The notes under the pieces were generated by a model. It searched no databases, was not told where the DNA came from, and saw only the letters and a list, made by a program, of their open reading frames with translations. The translations under genes and the position numbers were made by a program. From the NCBI GenBank assembly GCA_028534125.1, contig CM052818.1, forward strand, positions 12,526,001 to 12,590,000: a stretch of DNA of 64,000 nt, given 5' to 3'. The DNA is from Lama glama. Taxonomy: Eukaryota. This document shows, piece by piece, positions 51,563 to 64,000 of this stretch (position 1 is its first letter; the number at the start of each line of letters is the position of its first letter).

Positions 51563-52061
51563 AGGGTCTGAAAAAGATGCACAAGACAGAGATACCCAAA
51601 AGAAGTCAACTGTCAGTCATTATTCCCTGCAGTCACAAGCCTAAGGGAAAAGCTAATAGTAAATCAAGTTTGAAATTTGATTACTATATTACTACATAGA
51701 ATACTGGGTAGTCTATCATATCAACACCTTTTAAAAATACTATTAATCAAAAACAGAACCAAAATTAATTTTTATTTTTAAAAAAGTAATGGAATTATTC
51801 TGAATATGATGAAATTAATGATATATAAGCAATTCTATTTATATATTCTCTAAGTGAGAACACATTGGCTGAGGACAATCAATTTTACGAAGTGAGACTG
51901 TCAGTTTTGTATAGTAATTTAATTTACTTTTACAAAGACTTTTTTAAAACAGGAAGTGACCAGGTATTTGGAAGAGAGAAATACAAATCATTCAAAAAAA
52001 AAAACACTTAAGTAATAATTAATTTTAAATTTCTTATATTTTCTCTGTAATAACTGCACCC

Positions 52062-52337
52062 TGTTAGAGTAAATGCCTAACCGCATCTAGCCCCCTCATT
52101 AGTGTAGAATACCCATTTAATGTTTTACTTATAGTAAAACAAAACCAACACAAACCAGAACTCACTGTCTATGTCTTGGACTTTGTAGTCATTTTCTCAT
52201 TGTCCTGTTGTCTTAAAATGCAATGCAGGACTCTCCGCTCACCCCACTCACCGTGAGCTAAACTAAGGTTGCTACTTTCAGTTGGAAAGCTCTGTTTCAA
52301 TAAAGAAATAATTAGTATTCTCTACTTGTTTGTGACA
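52062..52337 (+). mobile_element. Possible short unclassified LTR
   Basis: TGTTAG...GTGACA termini with AATAAA about 35 bp before the end; no clear TSD. Confidence 0.35.
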
Positions 52338-53899
52338 AGAGTAACTGACTATATAATGTAGGGATCATGGTAACACTGTGCTTCTTATGCAGTAAAAATT
52401 GTCGGGCATTGTGCCTCTGGAATAAAACAACAGGAATCCAACCGACAAGACTAATCTGGAGGGATGAAAGGCAGGAAGTAACTCACTGGCCACAGACAAA
52501 TAAGTCATTTTTATCTATTTCTTCCCTCCTGCTCCTGAAGTCCTCTCCACTTCCGCCACCATTTCTGATATGAGGATGAATTGTTAAAGAACTAATTCTT
52601 GACTTGAACTCTGTAGATTAAAATTATTGCTGAAATAGCACCTTGCCTGGCTTCATATTTGCATTTTTATTAAATATTTATTGTTCTTCCCTTTGCTAAA
52701 ATGCCTTACTTAGGGTGCATAATTTGTATATATTCCCATTTTCTTTTAGATTACACATATAAAATCTTTTCCCTGGAAATAAATTCACTCAATCATGAGA
52801 GAATCTTAATCTTCAAAGTTCCTGAAGCATATTCTTTTAATATTCCATATCTTTAAGTACATTTAATTCATCTCCATATTTATGATGAGAACATGGTGTA
52901 GATATATGCACAAGTTCATGATGGGAACGTATAATAGAAATAGTTTTTAAATTCTACCTTTAATTTGGCAAAAGGCTATAAATTTAGAAAAGGCTTTACA
53001 CATGTAAATGCTAAACAATGAAATAGATATTCTTTTATTCCTACACTGCAGAGATTTAGGAAGAAAAACCCGTTTCATAAAAGTGGTACTTAAGACAGAC
53101 TTTTTAACCAATGTTTTAAGATGGATTTTTGAAGTTCTGAATTGATCTGTCCAGTACATATGATACTACCTTTTTGAGGGTGACGCGCGATCACAGCAGT
53201 AACTCTTCTGTTGGTGATAAACTAGGTTATGGAGATACTTCTCCATTTGGATTTAAAATATTTACTTGAAAAAAGCTGGTTTAGGTCAATAATATTTTAG
53301 TCTTAAGGCTAAGCCTCATGCTAATTTTCAAGGCTTTTTCAAAACTAGGATTATAAGGTCCTGGGGAATAGACCTGGGGAAATGTGAGTCATACATGTTT
53401 CACATTTTTTCACAACTTAGTGGTGAAATACCCAACCCACGATTGGTTTGGTTGACTGAATATGTTTTTAAATTGTGAAGATTATTTTTCACCAATGAAA
53501 ACAAATCATGAAATATGCTTTATCAATCCATATTCTTCTTGAGTACTTGTTACTTTATTGCACCATACAAAGGGAAAAGATTAGAAATACTCTTAAAAAG
53601 CACTTTATGAATACATGTCATGCAGGGGGCAGGAATATTTCAATGCCCAGAAATAAACTCCTTGATATATTTCTTAAGCCTAGACCACAAAATAATATTC
53701 TTTTGACTTCTTTTTAGATTTTTTTTGAGCCATTTTGAATAGTTTTTTATCAGGAAATATTTTTAAGGATGTTATAACCACCCCCTGCCTCATTAAGACA
53801 ATATTTCTCAGATACAGGGATTCAAATCCTTGATTTATAATGTAATGCCATCACACTCTAGGCCAAGGAAAGTTAAGGAGGCAAAGTCCTCGCCTGATT

Positions 53900-53911
53900 C
53901 ATGCGCGCGCG

Positions 53912-53947
<36 letters not shown>
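53900..53947. repeat. (GC)n(AC)n alternating purine-pyrimidine tract
   Basis: CATGCGCGCGCGTGCGCGC(AC)n directly visible. Confidence 0.95.
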
Positions 53948-53953
<6 letters not shown>

Positions 53954-54085
53954 AACAGTAGTAACATACTTGCCTTATAAAATAAATGAAATTGTAGATA
54001 AGCAAAATAAAAGCAGAAAAATCAAATCTTTATATTTCTTCTACCCAGAGATCACCACACTTAACACCTTAGTTTAGTACATAAC

Positions 54086-54303
54086 CAGAGGTGTGCTGGA
54101 CCCGGGTCCTAGTGTCCCCAGACTTACTTATGCACATCTTTGCCCAATTATGGTTTCAGTGATGTCTCGTTGTAGTTGTGTTGATTACCATAGGGCTGAT
54201 TGCCATGGTGGGAGTATTTACACCATGATAACCAACAAGAGCTATAAATCAAGTCTGCAGCCCCCTCCCCCCAACTCTAAGCCATTTTACCAGCACACTA
54301 CTA
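54086..54303. mobile_element. hAT-Blackjack MITE, MER63-like
   Basis: Imperfect TIR CAGAGGTGTGCTGG / CCAGCACACTACTA; 8-bp flanks TACATAAC/TAAATATC (6 of 8 match); internal GCCATGGTGGGAGTATTTACACCATG. Confidence 0.8.
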
Positions 54304-54689
54304 TAAATATCCTTCTAGAGACTTACCTGCACATATATGTATATATGTGCATATATATGTATTTTTACCAAAATTACATCATAAATATATGTCCTGTCCT
54401 GCTAGCTTGGTAAGTAATTTTCCCCACTTCATTTAAATAAAATTTTATCTCATCAACCATATTAAACACTTTTAATTGACACAGAATATCTTTTAATAGC
54501 TGATTATACCTAAAACTCAGTTTTTAAAATGTGAAATCTGAAAAATATTTTGTTTGTGATTTTAAAACTTCAGATACTAGAACCATTTCTATCACAGCAC
54601 AGACAGACTTGGCCCCATTGTTCTCTTCCAGACATTTTGGACTCCTGACCTAGGATTAAACTATGTTCTTTTTGTACCTGAGAAAGCGT

Positions 54690-54860
54690 AAGGTAGTTGA
54701 TATCTGGGGACCCTGAAGCTAGACCTCAGCTCCATCACTCTCTGTCTCTGGGCTGTTAACACAAGTGACATAATCCTGCTGTTCCTCGTAGAGTTACTTT
54801 ATGTGTAAAATGGGAATGATAAATACTATCACTAATTGATTGTAAAGTGCACATTTTTCA
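54690..54860 (+). mobile_element. MIR fragment
   Basis: CTCAGCTCCATCACT..ACAAGTGACATAATC..ATGTGTAAAATGGGAATGATAA. Confidence 0.55.
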
Positions 54861-56679
54861 TTTTCTAATGCCTTTGCTGTAGCTCACAATTAATGTAATA
54901 GTTTATATGTCAGATTTGTTTCTTCCTTAATGACACATAGAAATGGTATATCTTAGGTCTTACAACCAATGATACAATGATATCTTACATTAAATATAAT
55001 AAACTTATGTACTTTCTAGAATGGTGTAATCTTTAAATGTATAGATTTAGAGAGAGGGAAAGGGAGAGAGATGAGCCTAGAACGTTGATTAGCATCAACT
55101 GTTTTTATTATTGATTACACTGATGTGAGGGAAAATGAAAGAACTTTTTAATAGAAATTTTCTCAATAAATTAATCATGAAAACCTTATGATCTGTTAAA
55201 ACAATTAAAATTTTAACAGAACTATTAAAATCAAATTAAATGAATTTCTGAGAGAGATTTACGCTTCTCTTTTGATTCATAGAATGAACTGTTTCAAAGA
55301 AATGTGGATTTCTAAAAATTATAGGAAAGGGTCAGCAAAGATAACACTCTCTTCAAGAGGACACCCCTACAGGCATTCTTAACAATATCCCTGAGGAATT
55401 CAGGCTCTAATTAGTGCCACTAATGAAGATTTAAAATTGTAAATTGAGCTCTGTTAATGAAGGTGCTAACTAAATTTAGCTATAGGATGTTAAGAATAAA
55501 TAAGCATTTTAAATGAAATATGATTTTTAAATTTCAATACTGACTCAATAATAAAATATCTTTTTGGCCATAAGTTTAATGATGGTTTATGAAACTTCAC
55601 GATGTGATTAATGATAGCTATTTTATTTTTTTTAATTTTTAAATTGTAAAAAGTTTGTTGAAAGTTGCAAGTTTGATGAACTAAAATATTCAACCAACTT
55701 TAGGAAGCTCATAAGAGAGTATACAGAAAGTTAAGCTAGATCATTTTCTAGATTTTAAAATAAATGTGAATTTGGTTTACAACTCCCCAAAAAGGTTGAT
55801 ACATTTTATTCATTTAAAGCATTATATATTTATCTTTAAAATGATTGCTGACCCAATCAAGCAGTTGATTTAAGTAAAAAAAAAATTAAATTAGTACCCT
55901 GGGATCATGTTAGGCTAAATAAATAATTAGATCCACTTAGAATATAGTTGACTTGTTTCATGTTTTTGGCATCCTCTGGACATGTCTCCTCTTACAGGAG
56001 TTATTATCCTTAATAATGAAATATGATTTTCCCACTTGATTTTAATGGTAAAATGATTTCAATTGCAATGATAAATAATTGGATCTAAAGATCCACGCTG
56101 TATAAATTAATCTATGACAAACCATTTTACTAACAACAATGAGTTTTATGGAGCAGTTTCAAAGTAAGAAAAACAAACTGTCAAGTGAATCTCAATAAAA
56201 TCTATGACCTTTTGTAAATTCCTGGATTCACTGACTCTTCTGAGTGGCTCCTAAGCCTCACTGACAATGCACTTTAATGCACTTACCAGGAAAAGGTTAC
56301 TGAAAATGGAAAAGCACATTCAATTGCACATGTCCTCATGTTAATTTATAAATTCAGTGACTTTCTCTTCAGGAAAATTAGGAAAAAGAGAAACATATTA
56401 AAGGTCAAATATACGAAAGAAGATTAAAAATATAAACTCATAGGACTTTCTTAGATTAGTATCTAAGTGGATGCAACAAAAGAAAGGCAATCATAAGGAA
56501 AATTTGTTTTCCTTTGATTAGCCGAGAATGTTACTTGAACAAAGAATCATCACACTACAGTTTAGGTTTATATTTCCATCTTATAAGATGTTATTTCTCC
56601 CTCATTGATTTTTTGCTAATTTGGAATGACATCTCAAGAACATTTTAAAAACATGCAACTGGAAAGCACCTCAGGTGCA

Positions 56680-56810
56680 ATGGTTTTATTTTACACACAA
56701 AGTAATAAAGGCAGATGAGATGAAATTACCCTCACAGGGTCATAACAATTCTTGTAAAGGCAGAATGAATACATGACTTTTCTGAATTGAAGTTCACTGA
56801 TATTTTTTCC
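56680..56810 (-). mobile_element. MIR fragment
   Basis: TTATTTTACACACAAAGTAA..AGGGTCATAAC..GGCAGAA; weak. Confidence 0.4.
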
Positions 56811-57969
56811 TGTGTGATTTTGCCACCTCTGGATACAAATTACACTCCTTAGCTTGACGATATCTACATTCAGTTATAAAACTTCAAAATTCTTAGAAGA
56901 GGTGATGCATGGAAATGTTTTGGAAACCAAGTCCAGAAAGAACTGTTTCAAAAAATTTGATGCTTGTCTTTTTATTATACAACTTAATCATTTTGAGCCC
57001 CAGACTTCTCACCTAAACTAAAAGAGTTTATTTCGAAGGCCCCATGAAAGTATAATTTTTAAGGTTTATATCATCTGCTGGTGTCTACTGCAAGAGGTCA
57101 TGGATGCTTGTCAGCATAAGCTTATAGTTCATGTTCTATTTATATGCCTTTTGGCAAACCAAGTTTAATCCTTCCTGAGACTACTCTCAGACAAAGAACA
57201 AAGATTCTCTACAATGGTCTGTGAAACAATGCTATTACCATATAATGTGTTCACTTAATAGATTCTAATTTAGGGGAAAAATTAGATTTAGATAATTAAA
57301 TAAATACGTGTCACATTGAAAGAAGCCATAACTAAAATTATTTGCAAATAATCATATTTGGTTCAATAAAGAATCATAGCATTTATAGACACATTGAACT
57401 GCCTTTATATGAAACTTTTTAAAGTGTTTTATGGATTTGTGTCAAACCATTAAAAAATATAGAGACTTTGTAAGTTCAGTATTAGATTCGGTTTCCATGA
57501 AGTTCAAAAGAGTATCCATAGTATTGTTAACTAAATATATGTTTAACTCTGCTTGAAGACATTTAATATCCTGAAACTTAATTTTTTTTTCTTTGTAAAA
57601 TCATTTTGTGAGGCATCAATCCTTTTCTGAAAATCTGGGTTGGAACTGCAAGGATTACAGAAAATGTCAATTTGTCTCTGGACCTTATTCCTGTGAACTC
57701 CAGCTCTGTGAGATAATCTTAGTCCATCAAGTCCTTATATCATGTGGCCTATGAGTAATCACTGAAGTTAGTATGGATACTTTGACTATAGAAGAAAGGG
57801 CTAAGTGAAGACAGAATGGCTACTTAAACAAGTTTTAAAAGCCAAGACGATGTTGGATAATTTTGGGGAACTTGAGGACCTTCAGGTGTATAGTGGAATT
57901 TATGCTCAAGCCACCAAGCATGAAACTGAGTATGATACAGAAGTCAAGTCTAGGGTTGACTTATAGCCC

Positions 57970-58780
57970 TGAGGGTTGGGTTCATGCTGGCTCTGTTCCC
58001 TTTCAGTATGTGCTCCTCCTTCTCAGCACCAGTGCCCTTCCCTAGAAGGGAGCAGGGCAGGAGCAAGAGGGGTCCATGTGTGCTCTCAGCATGATGGAGC
58101 TCAGGCTCCAGGGATCCGGGCACAGACAGAGATCAGGGCAACTTCTGATGTAAGTGCTTCTGATATAAGCATGTTTAAGGTCCAGTAATGGCTTCCCTAC
58201 GCCCTGCTCAGACGTTTAGGTTCTAAGCCATCTTGTGCCTCCAGGCTGAGCTCTTTCATTGGCCATGGCGCCCTCACTCCAATGTGGAGCTGTGGCATGA
58301 AGTAAGTGGGGTTGGGCTGTTCACTCAGCTCAGGCTGGGGCACATGCCAAGGCAGTCGTGGGAAACCAGTCAGCCACGTGCAGTTTCAATCTGCTCCCTC
58401 TGCCCTGCTCAGGGTGCACACTCCTCCTGAGCCCAGTCTAGGCTTCCCTCAGCCCTCCTGTTGGTCCCACCGACCCTCCAGCCTGCCAAGGGGTCCTGTC
58501 TTCCCTGCTTGGACCTGCGTGCCCAACATGTGGCTCATTCTCTGAGGAGGATCTTTCCCCTTGTAATCTCCCTTTTCCTCTGAGTCCCCTCCCAGGGGCA
58601 CGGGTCCCAACCTGATCACTTTTCTTCCCTTCCTACCTGATTCTGTGTGGATCTTTCTTACAGCCTTGGTTGTACAGGAGTCTTCCTGCCAGTTTCCAGT
58701 AGTTTTCAATGAGAATTTTTCCACATGTAGATGTATTTTTGATGTGTTCATGGGGGGGAGGTGAGTTCTACACCATCTCA
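57970..58780 (-). mobile_element. Isolated L1 5' UTR (laurasiatherian L1M-type)
   Basis: GC-rich; ends ..CTTACAGCCTTGGTTGTACAGGAGTCTT..GAGAATTTTTCCACATGTAGATGTATTTTTGATGTGTTCATGGGGGGAGGTGAG, recalled as the reverse complement of an L1 5' terminus. Confidence 0.75.
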
Positions 58781-59713
58781 ATCAATTTTTCTCCTAAGAT
58801 GTTTTAACTCTGGTGCTGATTATCTTATAAACCTTTAAGTCCCCATGAAATTCAGAATATTTTTTGTTTTCCTATTGTAGCTCTGTGATTACTTTGTAAA
58901 AATATTTCATCTAATTTAGGAATCTAAAAATAGTTTTGATCTTATTGGGAAGCAAAAAGCTCAACGTTAGCATTTTGGGCTACAACCAAATGGGCAAAGC
59001 AGTTGAATATTTCCAGTCATATACTATGACTAATGAGTAGGAAAGAGAGGAGATTGTCACTTTCTCTTTGCTGAAGGAAGAAAAACTAAAAAGAGTTGGA
59101 AAGCTAGGCTATTCTTTATTATTTGTATATACACAGAGCAGCTAAGATCTGAATTCTAGAATGCAGGATTTTAGAAAATCATATTTCCAAGTGAGGCTTC
59201 AATTAACTTAGATCTTGATAGATCAAATACATTTGCAACTCTAAAAATATCATTAAAATAGTTTCATTAACACTTAGAAATATTTTGCAGCTTAGTTTGA
59301 AAAGAGACTCAGACTATGTCTCATTAATGACAAAAATCTCACCTTGTTTGTCTTTTGATGAAGTAACATAAATCAGTTCTCTCTCCCAGTGTTCAGTTTG
59401 AAGTCTCATCCTTCAAGTTTCAATCAACAGCCAGCCCTGAAACAGACCTACAAGCTGCACCTGATGTCTCTGCCTCAAAAACTGGTTGTTGGATATGTTG
59501 ACTTCATTAAGCAATGAAAGGGGAGCTGTGTGCTTTCATTTCTATTTGTCCATCATTATAGGGCGTGTAGGAAGGTAAGAAAGTTCACAGATGTGGGATC
59601 AAAGTTGTATTTCAGAAGATGCTGAAGATGATAAGATTTTGGTTGAAGTTTGGTATATATCTAGTTCACAGGAGGAATTTTAATAGTGTATTATTTTACA
59701 TGTTTTATATACA

Positions 59714-59752
59714 CGTGTGTGTGTGTGTGTGTGTAAGAGAGAAAGAGAGAGG
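59714..59752. repeat. (GT)n followed by GA-rich microsatellite
   Basis: Directly visible. Confidence 0.9.
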
Positions 59753-60433
59753 CAGAAAGGTTGAGAGAGATATACTGTTAGTTAAAACATTCCCTAATTA
59801 GATAAGAAACTTGGAAATATAAGAAATTGCATCTTATTTATTTTGCGTTTCTCCCCTGAACTGGTAATTCAGATTTTGTACATTCGAGGGTTCACCTAAC
59901 ATCCTTTCAAGGAATCCCCTTTCCCTCAATATGAGCTACATTGAGGAACATGAATGATTTCCAGATGGAGTCCTCTCTTTAAAAAGTTAACAATCTCTAC
60001 TTGAGGGTACAATATTAGATGAGCAAAATATTAAACGACAATAAAAATGCAAAGAGCAATTCAAGAAACCAGTATAGTATGTGACAACAAAAGCATAATT
60101 CATTATGAAATTCATTGGTCAGAAGACTATGGATAAGAGATTTCAGAGGTCAGTATTGTTTCTGGTTAGTGAAATAAGTGAATCCTGTATGGAAGGGATG
60201 GGATCTAAAATGGTCGTTTAAGCTAGAACTCCCTGAAACTGCTATGCCAAAGAAAAAGAAAGGGGATGTGCGCTTTATAGAGCGATGGCTCAGTGTTTGT
60301 TCAGAAGCAGTGAAACACTAGGTGATTGTGATAGAGTGAATATACAAGTTGGTTTACTCAACAAAGAACCACTTTCTGGAGGTGTCTAATATAAGGAAGC
60401 ACCTTTTGTGGGTTTTTTCATTATCCTGTTTCT

Positions 60434-61545
60434 TTTTTTGTGTGTGTGATTTTTTTTGCCTTATATTTTTTATTTTTTTAATCCTCTTTTTAAAAATTTT
60501 TATTGAGTTATAGTCAGTTTACAATGTTGTGTCAATTTCTGGTGTACAGCACAATTTTTCAGTCATATGTGAATATACATGGATTCATTTTCATATTCTT
60601 TTCACCATGAGCTACTGCAAGATCTTGAACATATTTCCCTGTGCTATACAGTATAAACTTGTTTATTCTATATATACCTGTCAGTATCTACAAATCTCAA
60701 ACTCATAGTCTGTCCTTTCCCTCCTCTCTCCTCCCGGGCAACCACAAATTTGTAGTCTATGTCTATGAGTCTGTTTCTGTTTTGTATTTAAGTTCATTTG
60801 CCTTCTTCTTTTTTTTTTTTCTTTTTGGTTGTTTCCACATGAGTGGTATCATACGGTATTTTTCTTTCTTTTTCTGGCTTCATTTAGAATGCCTTTCTTC
60901 AGGGACATCCATCTTGCTGCAAATAACATTATGCTGTTGTTTTTTATGGCTGAATAGTATTCCCTTGTATAAATATACCACAGCTTCTTTATCCAGTCAT
61001 CTGTCAATGGACATTTAGGTTGTTTCCATGTCTTGGCTATTGTAAATAGTGCTGCTATGAACTTTGGGGTGCTGGTGTCTTTTTGAATTAGGGTTCCTTC
61101 TGGATATGTGCCCAGGAGTGGGATTACTGGGTCATATGGTAAGTCTATTTTTAACCTTTTGAGGAATCTCAATACTGTTTTCCTCAGTGGCTGCACCGAA
61201 CTGCATTCCCACCAACAGTGTAGTAGGGTTCCCTCTTCTCCACAGCCTCTCCAGCATTTGTCATTTGTGGACTTTTGAATGACAGCCATTCTCACTGATA
61301 TGAGGTAATACCTCATTGTAGTTTTGATTTGCATTTCTCTGATAATTAGTGAAACTGAGCATTTTTTCATGTGCCTATTGGCCATTCATATGTCTTCATT
61401 GGAGAATTGTTTGTTTAAGTCTTCTGCCCACTTTTGGACTGGGTTGTTTGTTTTTTTTTTCTTATTATGTTGTATGAGCTGTTTATATATTCTGGAGATC
61501 AAGCCTTTGTCTGTTTCATCTTTTGCAAATATTTTCTCCCATTCC
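60434..61545 (-). mobile_element. Young 5'-truncated L1 (about 1.1 kb)
   Basis: 17-bp TSD TTCATTATCCTGTTTCT (60417-60433 / 61546-61562) followed by AA (endonuclease site); ORF 60849-61385 is the ORF2 C-terminus. Confidence 0.95.
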
Positions 61546-61664
61546 TTCATTATCCTGTTTCTAATTGCTGAGAAATATCTTCTTGAAGCTATTTCCCATA
61601 CAAAAGTCCAGCCCCAAACAAGAATATTTCATTGGGGGTGGGAAGTTGTGGACATTTTGTTTGT

Positions 61665-62200
61665 TTTTAAGATTTCTTTTTATTGTGATATGATTAACAT
61701 ATAGCATTGTATTCGTTTCAAGTGTACAACAAATGTTTCGATATTTGTATGTATTGTAAAATGATCATCACAATAAGTATAGTTAATATTCCTCCCCAAG
61801 CACAGTTATGCATGTTTTTCTGGCGATGAGAAGCTTTAAGATCTTTTAGCAACTTTCAAATATACATTACAGTATTATGAACTGTAGTCACCATGCTGTA
61901 CATTACATCCTGTGATCTTTTTTATAGCTGAAAGTTCATATTTTTTAAATCCCTTCACCCATGTAGCACTCCCCACATCCCCTGCCTCCAGTCTGTTCTC
62001 CGTATTGGTGGCTTTTGCTGTTGGTGCTGCAGCAGCTGTTGTTCTTAGACCCCACATATCAGTGAGGTTGTATGATATTTGTCTTTCTCTGTCTGACTTA
62101 TTTCACTTAGCATAATGCTCTCAGGGTCCATCCATGTTGTGACAAAAGGCAAGATTTCATTTTTTTTAATGGCTGAAAAATATTCCATTTATATATATGT
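61665..62200 (-). mobile_element. L1MA9/MB-like 3' end
   Basis: TTTTATTGTGATATGATTAACATATAGCATTGTATT..TAGCAACTTTCAAATATAC..TCTGACTTATTTCACTTAGCATAATG. Confidence 0.85.
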
Positions 62201-62334
62201 GTATTTAATGTGATATATATGACATATTGATATATATGATACATAAACACACACACACACACATTTTGTATATTGATATTATATCCTACAACTTTACTCT
62301 ATTGCTTATTGGTCCCAACAGTTTTTTGGTGGAC

Positions 62335-64000
62335 ATTTTATTTTTGAAGTAAAGTCACACTGAAGTATAACGTGTACAGAAAGGTCTGCAAATCATAAGT
62401 TCAGCATATATAATTTTTTACAGAGTGAAAACATCTATGTAACCAGCACCTAGATCAAGATCAAATCGTATGAGCAGCACAGAAATTTCTAATGCATTTC
62501 CAAGTCCTTTAAAAAAAAGGTAATCACTCATGGGACTTCCCTTACTGTAGCTTTTTCCCAATTTCTGAATCTTATAAAATGAAATCATACAATATGTACA
62601 CTTCTGTATCTGAGTTTTCACTCAAGAACATTGTTGTGCATAGAAATCTATAATTTTATGGCTAAGTAGTGTTCAATATATTACTATAACACAACTTATT
62701 TATCTTTGCTACACTTATGGGTGCTGCAAAAATTTCTATGAACATTCTTCTACATGTCTTTCAGTGCATTCATGAACATATTTCCAGAGGTTTAATTGTT
62801 GGGTTTTAAAATAACCTCTGTTCAGCTTTATCATATATTGCCAAATAGATTTCCAAAGTGATTGCACCTGTTTACATATCCCCGAAGAGTCTCTGAAAGT
62901 ATAAATTTGTCTTTCTTTACACCACTTGATATTGTCTTTCTTTAACATTTTTGATGTTCTTGTGGTTATGTGGTGACAGCTCATGATTCACACTGTAATG
63001 ATGAGTAATGGAGTTGAGCATCTTTTCATATCTTTCTTGGCCATTTAGATTTTTTGCAGTTCCCATGAAATATTTGCCAATTCTCTAAATTGGGCTTACT
63101 ATTTTACATTGATTTATAAGAACTTGTGTGTATAATTTAAATTCTTGGTGAAACAAATATTTGCAAAAATATTCTTCCACCTTATAGCTGGCCTTTTTGG
63201 TTGATGAAAAAAACTTCTGAAGAACAAAAGGTTTCAATTTTAATGAAATTTAATTTATTGTTCTTTTACTTTATTACTGCCCTTGTTTACTGTTTAAGAA
63301 ATGTTTACATACTGTGAGATGGTAAGTTTCCTATATTTTCTTCTAGAAACTTTTTTTTTTTTACCTTTGACATGTAGGTTCACAATCTAACGGTAATTAT
63401 GTTTTTGTGTATGCTGTGAGATGTTTTTTCAAAATAGATATCCAGTTGTCTCAGCGTAATTTCTGAGAAAAAGTCATTTCCTCATTCTAGTTCATTGTCA
63501 CTTTTGTTAAAATTAAATTCCATAGATAACTAGGTCTGTACAAGATAACAGAGTCTGTATAAGTCCAGTGTCTATTCTGTCCTCATACCAAAGCCATGTC
63601 ATCTTAACAACTACAGCCTCATGATGATCTTTGATATTTGGTTGTATAAATTTTTCAACTTATTGTTCTTTTAAAGATTGTCTCAGCTATTCTTGGTCTT
63701 CTGTATTTCCAAATAAGTTTCAGAATCAGCTTGGCAATTTACACACATATAAATGCAAACACTCACACAAACACACACACAGGTATAGACACAGACTCCT
63801 GAAATTTTTATTGTGAGTTTATTGAATTTATAGTAAATATTTTAACAATTGGAATGTTTTTAATATTAACTTGCTCAATCTTTTGATCATGTTATGCCCT
63901 CCCTTTTGTTTAGGTCTCTTTATTTGTCTCTGAGTGATATTTTGTAGTTTTTTTGTAGAGGTCTTGCTTAGTCTTTATCATACTAGTTCTAAATAGTTGC
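62335..64000 (-). mobile_element. Old L1ME/MD 3' UTR and ORF2 remnant running off the window end
   Basis: CATCTATGTAACCAGCACCTAGATCAAG; GTTGAGCATCTTTTCATAT; ATAGATATCCAGTTGTCTCAGC; TTTCAGAATCAGCTTG. Confidence 0.85.

Noticed and set aside
58449..58781. 110-aa ORF or GC-rich gene promoter
   Set aside because: Lies within an L1 5' UTR; too few CpGs for a CpG island
60849..61385. Longest ORF (178 aa) as a gene
   Set aside because: It is the L1 ORF2 C-terminus within a truncated insertion
1..64000. Novel multi-gene system, CRISPR array or prokaryotic operon
   Set aside because: Mammalian repeat-rich non-coding DNA; no regularly spaced repeats and no long non-TE ORFs

Overview
AT-rich mammalian non-coding DNA, either intergenic or a large intron. 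Four short tRNA-derived SINEs resembling the camelid Vic-1 family point to a camelid genome (alpaca, llama or camel); this is inferred from recognising the family, not from a search. Roughly half the window is recognisable transposon debris: old and young L1, L2, one CR1/L3 reverse-transcriptase remnant, MIR, MaLR (MLT1) and ERV solo LTRs, and MER8/MER58/MER63-type DNA transposons. Microsatellites are scattered through it. I find no credible protein-coding exon, RNA gene, CpG island or novel multi-gene system, and the ORF track is explained by repeats or chance. The best second-look items are a three-piece L1 insertion with an inversion bounded by a target-site duplication (TSD), a young L1 fragment sitting at a deletion junction in an old L1, an orphan L1 5' UTR, a CR1/L3 RT remnant in a stop-free frame, and several repeat-free, motif-rich blocks that may be conserved enhancers. 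Subfamily names come from memory of consensus sequences. Boundaries are approximate unless a TSD or terminal inverted repeat (TIR) is quoted.
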